Shown: positions 29,979-39,682, counted from the first letter of the stretch. The stretch: 64,000 bases of DNA from an uncultured Flavipsychrobacter sp. (GCA_964515955.1 CAZEZM010000018.1:1933-65932), one strand, 5' to 3'. Notes: generated from the letters alone by a model not told the origin. Numbers and translations: made by a program.

Positions 29979-30770
29979 ATGGAATTTTTGATGCCTGATT
30001 TTACTGAGCCCGGTATATGGATAAGCCTGCTTACTTTATCTTTCCTGGAGATTATCCTGGGCATCGATAATATTATCTTTATCTCAATTGTTGCGGGCAA
30101 GCTACCTGTAGCACAGCAGCGCAAAGTGCGCAACACGGGCCTGCTGTTAGCTATGATATTCCGCATAATGCTGCTGTTGGGTATCAATTGGATAATAGGG
30201 CTTACCGACCCGGTAGTCACATTACCCGCTATCAAGGGGTTATCAGATGCAGTTATACCACTCAGCTATAAAGACATAATACTTATAGCCGGGGGGCTAT
30301 TCCTGATTGTAAAAAGTACCCTTGAAATACACCATAAGCTCAGGAAAGACGAACACATAGAAAAGGAAATTAAACCAGGGGGAAAAGTGAAAATAGGCCC
30401 GGTATTGGTGCAGATTATACTGATTGACGCGGTTTTTTCTTTCGACTCTATACTCACCGCCATCGGCCTGGTAGAAAGTGTGGTGATTATGATTATAGCA
30501 GTGATTGTTTCCATCGGTGTCATGATGCTTTTTGCAGGGCCTGTAGCCAGGGTGGTGAACAAACATCCTACTTTACAAATGCTGGCATTATCGTTCCTGG
30601 TAGTGATAGGTGTGGTGTTGATAGCGGGCGGTTTCCACCAGGAAGTAAGCAAAGGCATTATCTACACCAGCCTGGCATTCTCGCTGACGGTTGAGATGCT
30701 CAACATCAGGCTGAGACGTAAAGAACAGAATATTAAGCTGAATGATTCGGCACCGGTAGATGATAAATGA
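29979..30770 (+). CDS. TerC family integral membrane protein
   Basis: 263 aa. LEIILGIDNIIFISI and IILIDAVFSFDSILTAIG are the paired TerC motifs. Confidence 0.85.
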   Translation: MEFLMPDFTEPGIWISLLTLSFLEIILGIDNIIFISIVAGKLPVAQQRKVRNTGLLLAMIFRIMLLLGINWIIGLTDPVVTLPAIKGLSDAVIPLSYKDIILIAGGLFLIVKSTLEIHHKLRKDEHIEKEIKPGGKVKIGPVLVQIILIDAVFSFDSILTAIGLVESVVIMIIAVIVSIGVMMLFAGPVARVVNKHPTLQMLALSFLVVIGVVLIAGGFHQEVSKGIIYTSLAFSLTVEMLNIRLRRKEQNIKLNDSAPVDDK

Positions 30771-30772
30771 TA

Positions 30773-30813
30773 ATTAAAAAAAGATACCGGGCTTATGCCC
30801 GGTATCTTTTTTT
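30773..30813. terminator. bidirectional intrinsic terminator between terC and the convergent rnk-like gene
   Basis: 11-bp stem agataccgggc (30782-30792) pairs with gcccggtatct (30797-30807). An A-run lies upstream and a T-run downstream. Confidence 0.8.
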
Positions 30814-31195
30814 AATCCCTGTTCACCACATCCAGTATCCTGAACCTTTTCCAGCCACCGGGTACTTTCCATTGCACTTCTTCAGCTTTTCTGAAACCGA
30901 TAAGCGCCGCTGCCATAGGTGTGAGTATGGAAATCTTGTTCTGATGCATATCAGCATGTGCAGGCATCACAATCGTAAACTCCAGCACTTTATTGGTATT
31001 CAATTCCAGTACAGTTACTTTCGAGTTGATACGCACCGTGTGCTTCGGGAAAGCATCTTTTGCAACCACTATTGCCCGTTGCAGCTCCGAAGAAAGAGAC
31101 ATTTCATTTTGTGCAGGCGTGCTGCTGATATATGGTTTCAATAATTGGTAATCTTCTTCGGTAATGACTACCGGCCTTTCTTCATGTGCATTCAT
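30812..31195 (-). CDS. GreA/GreB C-terminal-domain family protein (Rnk-like regulator)
   Basis: 127 aa. VTVLELNTNKVLEFTIVMPAHAD and ISILTPMAAALIGFRKAEEVQW match the GreA-C/Rnk pattern. Confidence 0.75.
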   Translation of the reverse strand: MNAHEERPVVITEEDYQLLKPYISSTPAQNEMSLSSELQRAIVVAKDAFPKHTVRINSKVTVLELNTNKVLEFTIVMPAHADMHQNKISILTPMAAALIGFRKAEEVQWKVPGGWKRFRILDVVNRD

Positions 31196-31206
31196 AATCG
31201 TTCATT

Positions 31207-32778
31207 TTAGTTGAGTATACCGGTATCAAAGTGGCTTTCTTTGTACCTGTTCTCTTTGTTATTAAAATAGATTTCATCAAAACTCCTGGTGTATAGCGGA
31301 TCTACTTTCCTGAAAAACCTGGAAGGTTGTATATCATCAAGCGACCTGAACCCGCAGGCTTCCATAATTTCTATTGCGGCGTGTATCGTGTTCTTATGGT
31401 AGTTGGCCACACGCACTGTTTTGTTTGTAACGTCCAAACCCTTGTATAACGAAGGCTGCTGTGTGGCAATACCTACAGGGCAATGCCCGCTGTCACATTT
31501 CAACGCTTGTATACATCCTAATGAGAACATCATGCCGCGTGCGCTATAACATGCGGCAGCGCCGAGTGACAAAGCTTTTAATACATCGAATGCTGTAATG
31601 ATTTTCCCTGCAGCTATCAGTTTGATGTCTTTATTCAACCCAAAACTCCTGAGTGTTGCGGAAGCGAATGACAATGCATCATACAAAGGCATACCCAGGT
31701 GGTCGGTAAACTCCAGCGGCGCTGCACCGGTTCCTCCTTCCGCACCATCTATGGTGATAAAGTCGGAGATAATACCTGTAAAGCATATCGCTTTACATAT
31801 ATCAATGAACTCCTGTTTATCACCGATACAAATTTTAAACCCTACCGGCTTTCCGCCCGACAGTTCGCGCAGTTGGCCAATAAACTGAACCAGCCCTACC
31901 GGGTTGGTAAAAGCAGTATGCCCCGGTGGTGAATAGACTGTAGTATATGGTTCTATATTCCTGATAGCGGCGATCTGTGGTGTATTCTTGGCAGCAGGCA
32001 AAATGCCCCCATGCCCCGGTTTCGCCCCTTGCGATAATTTTAATTCAATCATCTTTACTTCCTTTCGGCCCGCATTGATGCTGAATTGTTCAGGTGAAAA
32101 ATGCCCCGACTTCTCCCTGCAACCGAAATATCCAGTACCTATCTGCCATACCAGATCGCCGCCCAGCAGGTGGTATTCGCTGATACCACCTTCACCTGTA
32201 TTGTGGGCGAAACTACCCATAGCGGCGCCTTTGTTCAGTGAACTGATGGCAGTCTTACTCAACGCACCATAGCTCATAGCGCCAATATTCAGTATGCTGG
32301 CATCATAGGGGTGGTTGCACAAGCTGTTACCGATAGTTACCCTCAGGTCTTTTTCTTTAAGTTTTACAGGGAACATAGAATGTGACACCCACTCGTGTCC
32401 TGGAGCGTTTGCATCTTCCTGCATACCAAATGCCACGGTCTGTTTTACGTTTTTGGCACGTTGGTACACTATAGAACGCTGCCTTCGGTTAAATGGTTTG
32501 CCGTCCAGGTCTGATTCAAAAAAGTATTGCCTGAACTCGGGGCGTACCGATTCAAACAAATAGCGTGCATATCCCAACACGGGATAATTGCGGAGTATAG
32601 TGTGCCTGCGCTGCCGTATGTTGGCTGTGGCAACCACCGCTAAGAAAATGCTGAAAGGCAATACCCATAGCCAGTTATAGGATACTGTTACACTCAGGAT
32701 AATGACTACGATACTACAGGTATAAATACCGGCAACTATCATAGCCCTGGCTGAAACCTTCATGAGATTCCAGGACAT
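31207..32778 (-). CDS. FMN-binding glutamate synthase-family protein (GltB domain-2-like) with N-terminal TM helices
   Basis: 523 aa. LSQGAKPGHGGILP, ITIDGAEGGTGAAP and GAAACYSARGMMFSLGCIQALKC match the glutamate synthase FMN domain. Confidence 0.85.
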   Translation of the reverse strand: MSWNLMKVSARAMIVAGIYTCSIVVIILSVTVSYNWLWVLPFSIFLAVVATANIRQRRHTILRNYPVLGYARYLFESVRPEFRQYFFESDLDGKPFNRRQRSIVYQRAKNVKQTVAFGMQEDANAPGHEWVSHSMFPVKLKEKDLRVTIGNSLCNHPYDASILNIGAMSYGALSKTAISSLNKGAAMGSFAHNTGEGGISEYHLLGGDLVWQIGTGYFGCREKSGHFSPEQFSINAGRKEVKMIELKLSQGAKPGHGGILPAAKNTPQIAAIRNIEPYTTVYSPPGHTAFTNPVGLVQFIGQLRELSGGKPVGFKICIGDKQEFIDICKAICFTGIISDFITIDGAEGGTGAAPLEFTDHLGMPLYDALSFASATLRSFGLNKDIKLIAAGKIITAFDVLKALSLGAAACYSARGMMFSLGCIQALKCDSGHCPVGIATQQPSLYKGLDVTNKTVRVANYHKNTIHAAIEIMEACGFRSLDDIQPSRFFRKVDPLYTRSFDEIYFNNKENRYKESHFDTGILN

Positions 32779-33151
32779 GATTATATTATTTAATGAAAAA
32801 ATTGAGAAAAAGGACTGGTGTAAATCCCCCGGAACCTATATTATTTGCAGGCCGGGGCTAGGGTATTAAAGTCCTTAAAGTTGGAAACATAGTACGCCTT
32901 ATTGCAAAAGCAATGAAACTGGCGTGTATAGTTAAGACATGCAGCACTGCCCACCATATCCTGGTGGCATATTGTGTATTGTATATAGTTATACTGCTGC
33001 ATGCGGCAAAGTTATGTATAATTTTCACTCTGATTTGTTAAAGTGTTAGCACACGCCGTTTACAACGCTTAAAAGGTTTTTACAAAATAATTACACTCAG
33101 GCCATAGGGGTATTCATTGTACTGCATCGTTTATACGACATATTCAGTACG

Positions 33152-35227
33152 ATGAAACTTTTATATTCTTTCATATTGTTCTTATTGATGGCCACACAGA
33201 TTTCTGCTGCTGAGCATACGGACAGCAGTGCTGCAGGCAAGCCTGACCGTAAGGTACTGGAGCAGGTGACTGTATCTGCATCTTCGGCACGCATGACGGA
33301 ACATGTAGAAACTGCTGCAATGGGGAAAACCAATATACCTGTTTCCATGCTGGCTAAAACGGTATCTATAGGCGGTGAGCCTGATGTAATCAAAGCCCTG
33401 CAACTGACACCGGGAATAAAGAGAGGAACGGAAGGCAATATCAATATGTACGTGCGTGGTGGTGGCAGCGATGAAAACCTGGTATTGCTCGACGGAGCTC
33501 CATTGTATAATGTGGGGCATATGCTTGGCTTCTTTTCCCTGTTTAATACAGCTTCTGTAAGGGATGTGCAGATGTACAAGTCGGCCTTTCCGTCTTCATA
33601 TGGTGGCAGGCTCTCGTCTGTAATGGACGTAAGCACAAAGAATGGCAGCCTGACTGATTACAAGGCATCTGCAAGTATCAGTACCATTGCATCCTCTGCC
33701 ACCGTACAGGGCCCGGTTATCAAAGACAGGCTTTCGCTGATTGCCTCTTACCGCAGAACGTACATTGATAAGGTTATGAAGGATATTCCCTATTACTTCT
33801 ACGACGTTAATGCAAAAGCTATGCTGGTAATCAATTCATCTAACCGGCTGTATGCAGGTGTATTCGCAGGCGACGATATATTGCTGGTACGTCAGCAGAA
33901 AAACCCTGAATTTGATACAACCTTAAAAACAAACACACACCTGGGCAATAAGCTCTTTACATTGAGGTGGAACAATATAGCACGTGATAACAAATATGCC
34001 ACCGATGTCTTGCTGTACCATACAGCATTTCGCTACAATATATCAGGCAGTATGGGAGGCAACAGCCTGGCAATGCATAGCGCAATAGGCGACCTGGGCA
34101 TAAAGGCTGACACAAGGGTGTATCATATTCCCGGCCATAAAATCGGAATGGGAGCGGCACTTATTCATCATACTTTTAATCCAAATATCATCAATACATC
34201 AGGTGCTGAACTTGAAAGATTTGGTAATAACAAAGGCATATTGGTACGCAACGTGGAAGCTGCTGTTTACATCAACGATGAATACAATATTAATAAAAGA
34301 TGGCTGCTGCAATCGGGCCTGCGCATCAGTGGTTTGTCCACCGGATCAAAACTGTATCTGCATCCTGAGCCAAGGATAGCGGCGCGTTACCTGGTTAACG
34401 AAAGGAATTCTGTTAAACTATCCTACGCACGCATGGTACAATACATGCACCAGGTTACCGGTTCATCAGTCACGCTGCCAACCGACCTCTGGTACCCCGC
34501 AACAGGTAAAATAAAGCCGGGAATATCCGACCAGTGGAGTGTTGGTTATTACCATAGCATACCCTCCACCGAAATAGCGCTGAGTGCGGAAGTGTATTAC
34601 AAAACACTGAGTAATGTGATGGAATATAAGGAAGGAGCGCAGCTTATGCTCAACAGCAATTTTGAACAGGACATAGTATCGGGCAAGGGTAAAACCTACG
34701 GGATAGAATTGCTGGCTACAAAGACAGCGGGCAAGTTTACAGGTTGGGTAGGTTATACATTGTCTTATGCAAGGCGTTATTTCGATTCGCTGAACAACGG
34801 GCAACCTTTCTACGCCAGGCACGACAGACGGCATGATATATCTTTTGTGGGACTGATGGACATCAGCAAACACTGGTCGGCGGGTACAACAGTGGTATAT
34901 AGTACAGGCTCACCATTTACAGGTCAAACAGGACAATATGTAATACCAGCCCCGGGTTTCAGTGGCTTTGATGCTATGCCCGTATACACCTCGCGCAATG
35001 CAATGCGCCTGTCTGCTTCGTTCAGGATTGATGCCAGCCTGCAATACAAATTTACTATCGGCAACAAACTGAAGGGCGATGTACAATTGAGTGTATACAA
35101 CATGCTCAATCGTACACAACCCTCAAACGTAGAGCGGGTATGGGATGCCAATAAAAAAGAATACAAATACAGGCAAACCGGCCTCTTTGGCACCATAACT
35201 GCAGGTGCGATTAGCATAAACATTTAA
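33152..35227 (+). CDS. TonB-dependent receptor
   Basis: 691 aa. Signal peptide and a plug with DVIKALQLTPGI and MYVRGGGSDENLVLLDGAPLYN, followed by a beta-barrel. Confidence 0.85.
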   Translation: MKLLYSFILFLLMATQISAAEHTDSSAAGKPDRKVLEQVTVSASSARMTEHVETAAMGKTNIPVSMLAKTVSIGGEPDVIKALQLTPGIKRGTEGNINMYVRGGGSDENLVLLDGAPLYNVGHMLGFFSLFNTASVRDVQMYKSAFPSSYGGRLSSVMDVSTKNGSLTDYKASASISTIASSATVQGPVIKDRLSLIASYRRTYIDKVMKDIPYYFYDVNAKAMLVINSSNRLYAGVFAGDDILLVRQQKNPEFDTTLKTNTHLGNKLFTLRWNNIARDNKYATDVLLYHTAFRYNISGSMGGNSLAMHSAIGDLGIKADTRVYHIPGHKIGMGAALIHHTFNPNIINTSGAELERFGNNKGILVRNVEAAVYINDEYNINKRWLLQSGLRISGLSTGSKLYLHPEPRIAARYLVNERNSVKLSYARMVQYMHQVTGSSVTLPTDLWYPATGKIKPGISDQWSVGYYHSIPSTEIALSAEVYYKTLSNVMEYKEGAQLMLNSNFEQDIVSGKGKTYGIELLATKTAGKFTGWVGYTLSYARRYFDSLNNGQPFYARHDRRHDISFVGLMDISKHWSAGTTVVYSTGSPFTGQTGQYVIPAPGFSGFDAMPVYTSRNAMRLSASFRIDASLQYKFTIGNKLKGDVQLSVYNMLNRTQPSNVERVWDANKKEYKYRQTGLFGTITAGAISINI

Positions 35228-35250
35228 CACAACAACATAAAGTAACAGTT

Positions 35251-36126
35251 ATGAAAAACTACATTATCATAGCAATATTATGCACATCAATCATCGCATG
35301 CCGAAAGCCTGCACCATTGGATATAGCAGTTCCTCAGGCAGGGAAAACAATAGTGGTGTCGTCTGCCAGTCCCAACAATCACACAGTGGTAGTTGCCGCA
35401 GGGTATACATTCCATTCCATGCTTAATACTGACAGCATTACAGGCAATAATGAGGGCCTGATCAGTGAGTATATGATAGACTCCGGTAGCGCCACATTGA
35501 GTTATAATGGTGGTGCTGAATTACCTCTATACCGCATTGCTAAGGGCGTTTTTGCTCGCAACGATTTACAATTGCAACCGGGTAATTCATATACCCTTAC
35601 TGTAGTTGATAACAAAAATAATATAATCACAAAAGGCTCAGCAATATATATGTCACCTCCCGTGGTTAACCATATTACGCCTGTAAAAACTGTACGCGGT
35701 ACCGATACAGTAGTCCAACTGCGATTTGAACTTGATAATGTTCAACCCGGCGAATGTTATTATATCAGCTATAAAACAGGCTCGGCAATAAAACCAACGG
35801 GCAGCAGCAAAAAAGAAATACTGCTCAATTTTGAGCCGAAAAAAGTATTGCTTTATAGCAGCAATGATGCGGCTAACAATAAGCTGAGTAAAACAATAAC
35901 CTTGTCGGCCGCAGGCAGTGATACTATTGATGTAGAAATCGCCAAAATAGATGGCGGCTATTATAAATACCTGGATGCTTATATTAAGACAGGCTACCTG
36001 GTAAATCAATTGACAGGAGAACCGGTAAACCTGCCATCTAATATGAGCAATGGCTATGGTTACTTTACCATGCACAGCTCAAAACAGATAAGGCTCGATA
36101 TGAATACGGTAAGTGTTGCAGAATAA
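35251..36126 (+). CDS. DUF4249-like lipoprotein partner of the TonB receptor
   Basis: Lipobox SIIAC. 291 aa, starting 23 nt after the receptor gene. This receptor + DUF4249 pairing is common in Bacteroidota. Confidence 0.6.
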   Translation: MKNYIIIAILCTSIIACRKPAPLDIAVPQAGKTIVVSSASPNNHTVVVAAGYTFHSMLNTDSITGNNEGLISEYMIDSGSATLSYNGGAELPLYRIAKGVFARNDLQLQPGNSYTLTVVDNKNNIITKGSAIYMSPPVVNHITPVKTVRGTDTVVQLRFELDNVQPGECYYISYKTGSAIKPTGSSKKEILLNFEPKKVLLYSSNDAANNKLSKTITLSAAGSDTIDVEIAKIDGGYYKYLDAYIKTGYLVNQLTGEPVNLPSNMSNGYGYFTMHSSKQIRLDMNTVSVAE

Positions 36127-36134
36127 AGACAGGA

Positions 36135-36599
36135 TTACTCCTTACCGGGTTTAGGCATTTCGCCTCTTCTTTCCAGTGGTTTTACCTTCAGCAGTTTTAC
36201 AATGTAGGTGGCTGTCTGCCCGGTATTGGGTTTCATCCAGGGTTCCGGGTTGCCGCCCGCATTCAGCATAGAATCTACAGACATAATGATGGCTACGCTA
36301 TCGCCGGGGGTCATCAGTTGCACTACTTCCTGTATATCAGTTTTGGTAGCTGGTTGTTGCATCAGGAAACCTATAGGTTTGCCTTCACCCGCCTCGCGCG
36401 AGTTGTATATCCTCTTGCCCTCTACCTCTACATACATATGCGCTTCTACATAGTCGCCATACCGGGGTTTGGGTTCACCCGGCGCATCCAATAGCGTTTT
36501 GTATGCCACACCACCCGGCAGTTGTACCGTTTCCGTTTGCTGCGCCTGTGCATGTACAGCGCATATCATCATCAATGCAAATAGCCCTTGCTTCATCAT
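36135..36599 (-). CDS. secreted FKBP-like (degenerate PPIase fold) protein, hypothetical
   Basis: Signal peptide. The layout GDYVEAHMYVEV-GKRIYNS...GKPIGF...MTPGDSVAII...ATYIVKLLKV parallels the FKBP pattern by eye. Confidence 0.45.
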   Translation of the reverse strand: MMKQGLFALMMICAVHAQAQQTETVQLPGGVAYKTLLDAPGEPKPRYGDYVEAHMYVEVEGKRIYNSREAGEGKPIGFLMQQPATKTDIQEVVQLMTPGDSVAIIMSVDSMLNAGGNPEPWMKPNTGQTATYIVKLLKVKPLERRGEMPKPGKE

Positions 36600-36651
36600 T
36601 TACCGTTATAGAATAAAAATAGGGGTTTTTGAAGGAACAACCCTATATAAC

Positions 36652-36683
36652 AAATAGCCGGACTGTGCAGCCCGGCTATTTTT
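36652..36683 (-). terminator. hairpin/terminator downstream of the YARHG gene
   Basis: 10-bp stem aaatagccgg (36652-36661) pairs with ccggctattt (36672-36681). T-rich flanks on both strands. Confidence 0.5.
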
Positions 36684-36705
36684 AACAAGTAGTTTTAACT
36701 TTAAG

Positions 36706-37239
36706 TTACATCGTTGTAGGTTGGTGGGTCCGCAGGAATTCAATATTCTGTTTTTCCAGTTCAGTAAGTTTCGACTGAACATCATTGAACCTGGGATTGT
36801 ACCACTCAAAGCGTCCGAAATGTGACTTCAGGTCATCATCTGTAAACTGCATGCCATGACGGGCATAAATCTCATTCAGCATCACTGAATGTCCCCACCT
36901 GGTGAGGTATTTGGTATCGCTCTCATCCAGCGGACGCGTTGAGCCTTCTGGGTAAAAGCCGGGCACACTGCCCCAGTCCATTTCATCGTGCATCTGGCGG
37001 AACCGGCGTACCTCCTCATTACTATAACTTTCTATATTGTATAAGCGCCTGAATTCTTCGTCGGAAAGGCTGTAGGTAGTACCCGTTGTTGTTCCGTCGG
37101 TGGTAGCAGCACCATCCGGTGTAACATCGGTGGCTGCGGTAGTATCAGTGGTTTCATCCGTTTTATCGGCATCATCATTACACTTGCATGATGCAATAAG
37201 CAGGAAGCTGCAAAAAATGAGCGAAAGTAGCTGTTTCAT
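36706..37239 (-). CDS. YARHG domain-containing lipoprotein
   Basis: Lipobox IASC, a T/D-rich linker, and the literal YARHG motif (NEIYARHGMQF). Confidence 0.75.
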   Translation of the reverse strand: MKQLLSLIFCSFLLIASCKCNDDADKTDETTDTTAATDVTPDGAATTDGTTTGTTYSLSDEEFRRLYNIESYSNEEVRRFRQMHDEMDWGSVPGFYPEGSTRPLDESDTKYLTRWGHSVMLNEIYARHGMQFTDDDLKSHFGRFEWYNPRFNDVQSKLTELEKQNIEFLRTHQPTTM

Positions 37240-37321
37240 AATATCAAATTTTAGTTAACGTAATTACAACAAACAAACTGCTGTAAATGTTTAATAAAAT
37301 TTGAATTTGTTTGAAAGGCTT

Positions 37322-38632
37322 CTACCCCTCCACTCTCCTGATATCCGCTCCCAGTGCATTCAGCCTTTCGTCTATGCGCTCGTAGCCACGGTCTATCTGG
37401 TTGATGTTGTGTATGGTACTCTTGCCCTTAGCGGATAAAGCGGCTATCAGCAGCGCCACACCCGCCCGTATATCGGGGCTGGTCATGGTGATACCGCGTA
37501 GCGGCACCTGCCTGTCCAGGCCGATGACTACAGCACGGTGAGGATCGCACAATACTATCTGCGCACCCATTTCTATCAGTTTATCTACAAAGAACAGGCG
37601 GCTCTCAAACATTTTCTGGTGTACCAGCACGGTGCCCTTGGCCTGCGTGGCTGTCACCAGTACGATACTTAACAAATCGGGTGTAAAGCCCGGCCAGGGG
37701 TGGTCGTACACGGTGAGCATGGAGCCGTCTATGTATTTTTGAATACGGTAATGCTCCTGTGCAGGTACGTATATATCGTCGCCCTCTATCCTCAGGTCTA
37801 TACCCAGTTGCTGGAAGGTTTCGGGTATGACACCCAAATGTTCTATATCAGCGTTTTTGATGGTCAGCTCACTTTGCGTCATAGCTGCCAGGCCTATAAA
37901 TGAGCCTACCTCAATCATATCGGCCAGCATGCGGTGCTCGCAGCCCTTCAGTTTTTCTACACCCTCTATTACAATCTTGTTGCTGGCAATGCCGCTGATA
38001 TTAGCCCCCATACGGTTGAGCATATGGCACAACTGCTGCACATAAGGCTCGCAGGCGGCATTATAGATAGTAGTTGTGCCGGGTGTCAGTACCGCCGCCA
38101 TCACTATATTGGCTGTACCGGTTACAGATGGTTCGCCCAGGAGAATGGTAGCCCCCTGCATGGCTGATCCGTCCAGCGTAAACAGGCTTTCGTCGCCGTC
38201 ATACTCAAAACGTACGCCCAGTTTTTCAAAACCACGTATATGCGTATCCAGCCTGCGGCGGCCTATCTTGTCGCCACCTGGCTGTGGTATATGCGCCATC
38301 TTATAACGGGCCAGCATAGGGCCAGCCAGCATTACAGCACCACGCAGTTTTGCAGACTTTTTCTTGAACAACGGGTCGGTAAAAAAACCTTCGTTCACAT
38401 CAGTGGCCTGTAGTGTGACAGTGTGCGCATCTGTGCGTGTTACGGTCACACCCATATCGCCCAACACCTCTATCAGCGTGTTTACGTCCAGTATATCCGG
38501 TACGTTGGTAAAGGTAACCGGCTCGCTGGTAAGCAGGGCTGCGCACAACACCTGCAGGGCTTCATTCTTGGCGCCCTGGGCAGTTATTTCGCCTTTCAGC
38601 GCCTTGCCGCCCCGTATCTCAAAAGCATTCAT
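37322..38632 (-). CDS. murA: UDP-N-acetylglucosamine 1-carboxyvinyltransferase
   Basis: 436 aa. GAKNEALQVLCAALL, the GGDKIGRRRLDTH region, the overall length, and a C-terminal IDRGYERIDERL. Confidence 0.95.
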   Translation of the reverse strand: MNAFEIRGGKALKGEITAQGAKNEALQVLCAALLTSEPVTFTNVPDILDVNTLIEVLGDMGVTVTRTDAHTVTLQATDVNEGFFTDPLFKKKSAKLRGAVMLAGPMLARYKMAHIPQPGGDKIGRRRLDTHIRGFEKLGVRFEYDGDESLFTLDGSAMQGATILLGEPSVTGTANIVMAAVLTPGTTTIYNAACEPYVQQLCHMLNRMGANISGIASNKIVIEGVEKLKGCEHRMLADMIEVGSFIGLAAMTQSELTIKNADIEHLGVIPETFQQLGIDLRIEGDDIYVPAQEHYRIQKYIDGSMLTVYDHPWPGFTPDLLSIVLVTATQAKGTVLVHQKMFESRLFFVDKLIEMGAQIVLCDPHRAVVIGLDRQVPLRGITMTSPDIRAGVALLIAALSAKGKSTIHNINQIDRGYERIDERLNALGADIRRVEG

Positions 38633-38644
38633 TGCAAAAGCAGT

Positions 38645-39343
38645 TTATTTAAACCGGTTCTTGAATTTTTTGTGTTTGCTGCCGCCACCGCCGCTGCGCT
38701 GTTGTTGTTGCGGCTGCTGTTGTTGCTGTTGCCCGCCACCCTTGTTGCGGTTGCCGTTATTGCGGTTCTTGTTGTTTTTGTTGCTTTCGAAGTTCTGGCG
38801 GTTGTCAAAGTACACGCGATAGCCACCCTGTTCATACTGCAGCTTGCCTTCTGTAAGTACAGACAATTCATTGCGGATCATATCATCGTGCACAGGCTCT
38901 CGGTGCCAGTTGATGTAAGACAGTTTCATGTAATAGCCTATCAACTGCGTCAGGTTCTTGCGTTTTTCCTCGTCGGTTTCAGCCAGCGCCTTTTCTATCA
39001 GCGAGTTCAGGTTTTTACCGAAGTGCCTCACCTTAACCCTGGTCTGCGGGTAAGGCAGCGGGTCGGGCTTGCGGAACATCTCTTCCCTGCTGGGTGCGGG
39101 GAAAGGGCTGTCCACATCCAGCTCAAAATCTGATATTACGTAGAGATGGTCCCACAGCTTGTGCTTATAATCCTCCATGATTTTGAGGCCCGGGTTCAGT
39201 GTAGCCATCAGATCAATGATCATTTCGGCATAGCGGGTGCGTTTGTCGCGCTCGGGGATGGCCATCATATAGGTCACCATCTTCTGCACGTTACGGCCAT
39301 ATTCGGGAATCAGCAGCCTGTCCCTGGTAGTATTATATTCCAT
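38645..39343 (-). CDS. DUF4290 domain protein with an N/Q/G/K-rich C-terminal tail
   Basis: MEYNTTRDRLLIPEYGRNVQKMV...HKLWDHLYVISDF is the conserved DUF4290 N-terminus. The gene lies immediately upstream of murA, as is usual in Bacteroidota. Confidence 0.75.
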   Translation of the reverse strand: MEYNTTRDRLLIPEYGRNVQKMVTYMMAIPERDKRTRYAEMIIDLMATLNPGLKIMEDYKHKLWDHLYVISDFELDVDSPFPAPSREEMFRKPDPLPYPQTRVKVRHFGKNLNSLIEKALAETDEEKRKNLTQLIGYYMKLSYINWHREPVHDDMIRNELSVLTEGKLQYEQGGYRVYFDNRQNFESNKNNKNRNNGNRNKGGGQQQQQQPQQQQRSGGGGSKHKKFKNRFK

Positions 39344-39555
39344 AATTAAGTCAAAAGTTAAAATTCAAAAACCAAAATTGTATGTAAGCATTGAAGATGT
39401 CGCCGTAAGTAAGGCAACAGAATCTTAGAAGTGGTACGTCTTATCCTGTTTATTTAGAAGAGAGGTATGGATAATATTACCGAAGCAGGACAAAGATAGG
39501 GTTTTTACATGTCAAAAGCGCTTTTAAATGATATTCGCGATGTTGAAAACCCGGG

Positions 39556-39610
39556 GATTTGTTCCAAAATGATTCCACAAATCGGGGTTTTGTGATTTTG
39601 GAACAATTTT
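39556..39610. repeat. hairpin repeat unit 1
   Basis: 12-bp stem ttgttccaaaat (39560-39571) pairs with attttggaacaa (39595-39606). Inner stem cacaaa/tttgtg. Followed by TTTT. Confidence 0.8.
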
Positions 39611-39626
39611 ACCGGGCCGTTCGGCT

Positions 39627-39682
39627 GATTTTGTTCCCAAATGATTCCGGAAATCCGGGTTTTCAGGATCGGAACAATTTTT
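39627..39682. repeat. hairpin repeat unit 2
   Basis: About 80% identical by eye to unit 1. Stems ttgttcc/ggaacaa and gattc/ggatc. Followed by TTTTT. The period is about 71 nt. Confidence 0.8.

Noticed and set aside
32800-32900. GGTGTAAATCC string upstream of the second TonB receptor, reminiscent of the cobalamin riboswitch core
   Set aside because: The other conserved cobalamin-riboswitch blocks (the GCCACTG B12 box and the AGCCAGGAGACCTGCC-like 3' part) are absent. The match is too short to support a call.
36617-36648. Second hairpin plus T-run on the minus strand, just upstream of the FKBP-like gene start
   Set aside because: It would terminate transcription about 15 nt before the next start codon and leave no room for a promoter. 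The stem has a bulge and is AT-rich, so it is too uncertain to call.
38423-39133. 236-aa plus-strand ORF with L/A-rich repeats, and the 80-aa minus-strand ORF 38629..38871
   Set aside because: These are alternative frames of the DUF4290 gene and its triplet-repeat tail. The DUF4290 frame carries the conserved family N-terminus.
39556-39682. CRISPR array
   Set aside because: There are only two repeat copies. The units are self-complementary long hairpins with a 16-nt spacer, and no cas genes are in the window.
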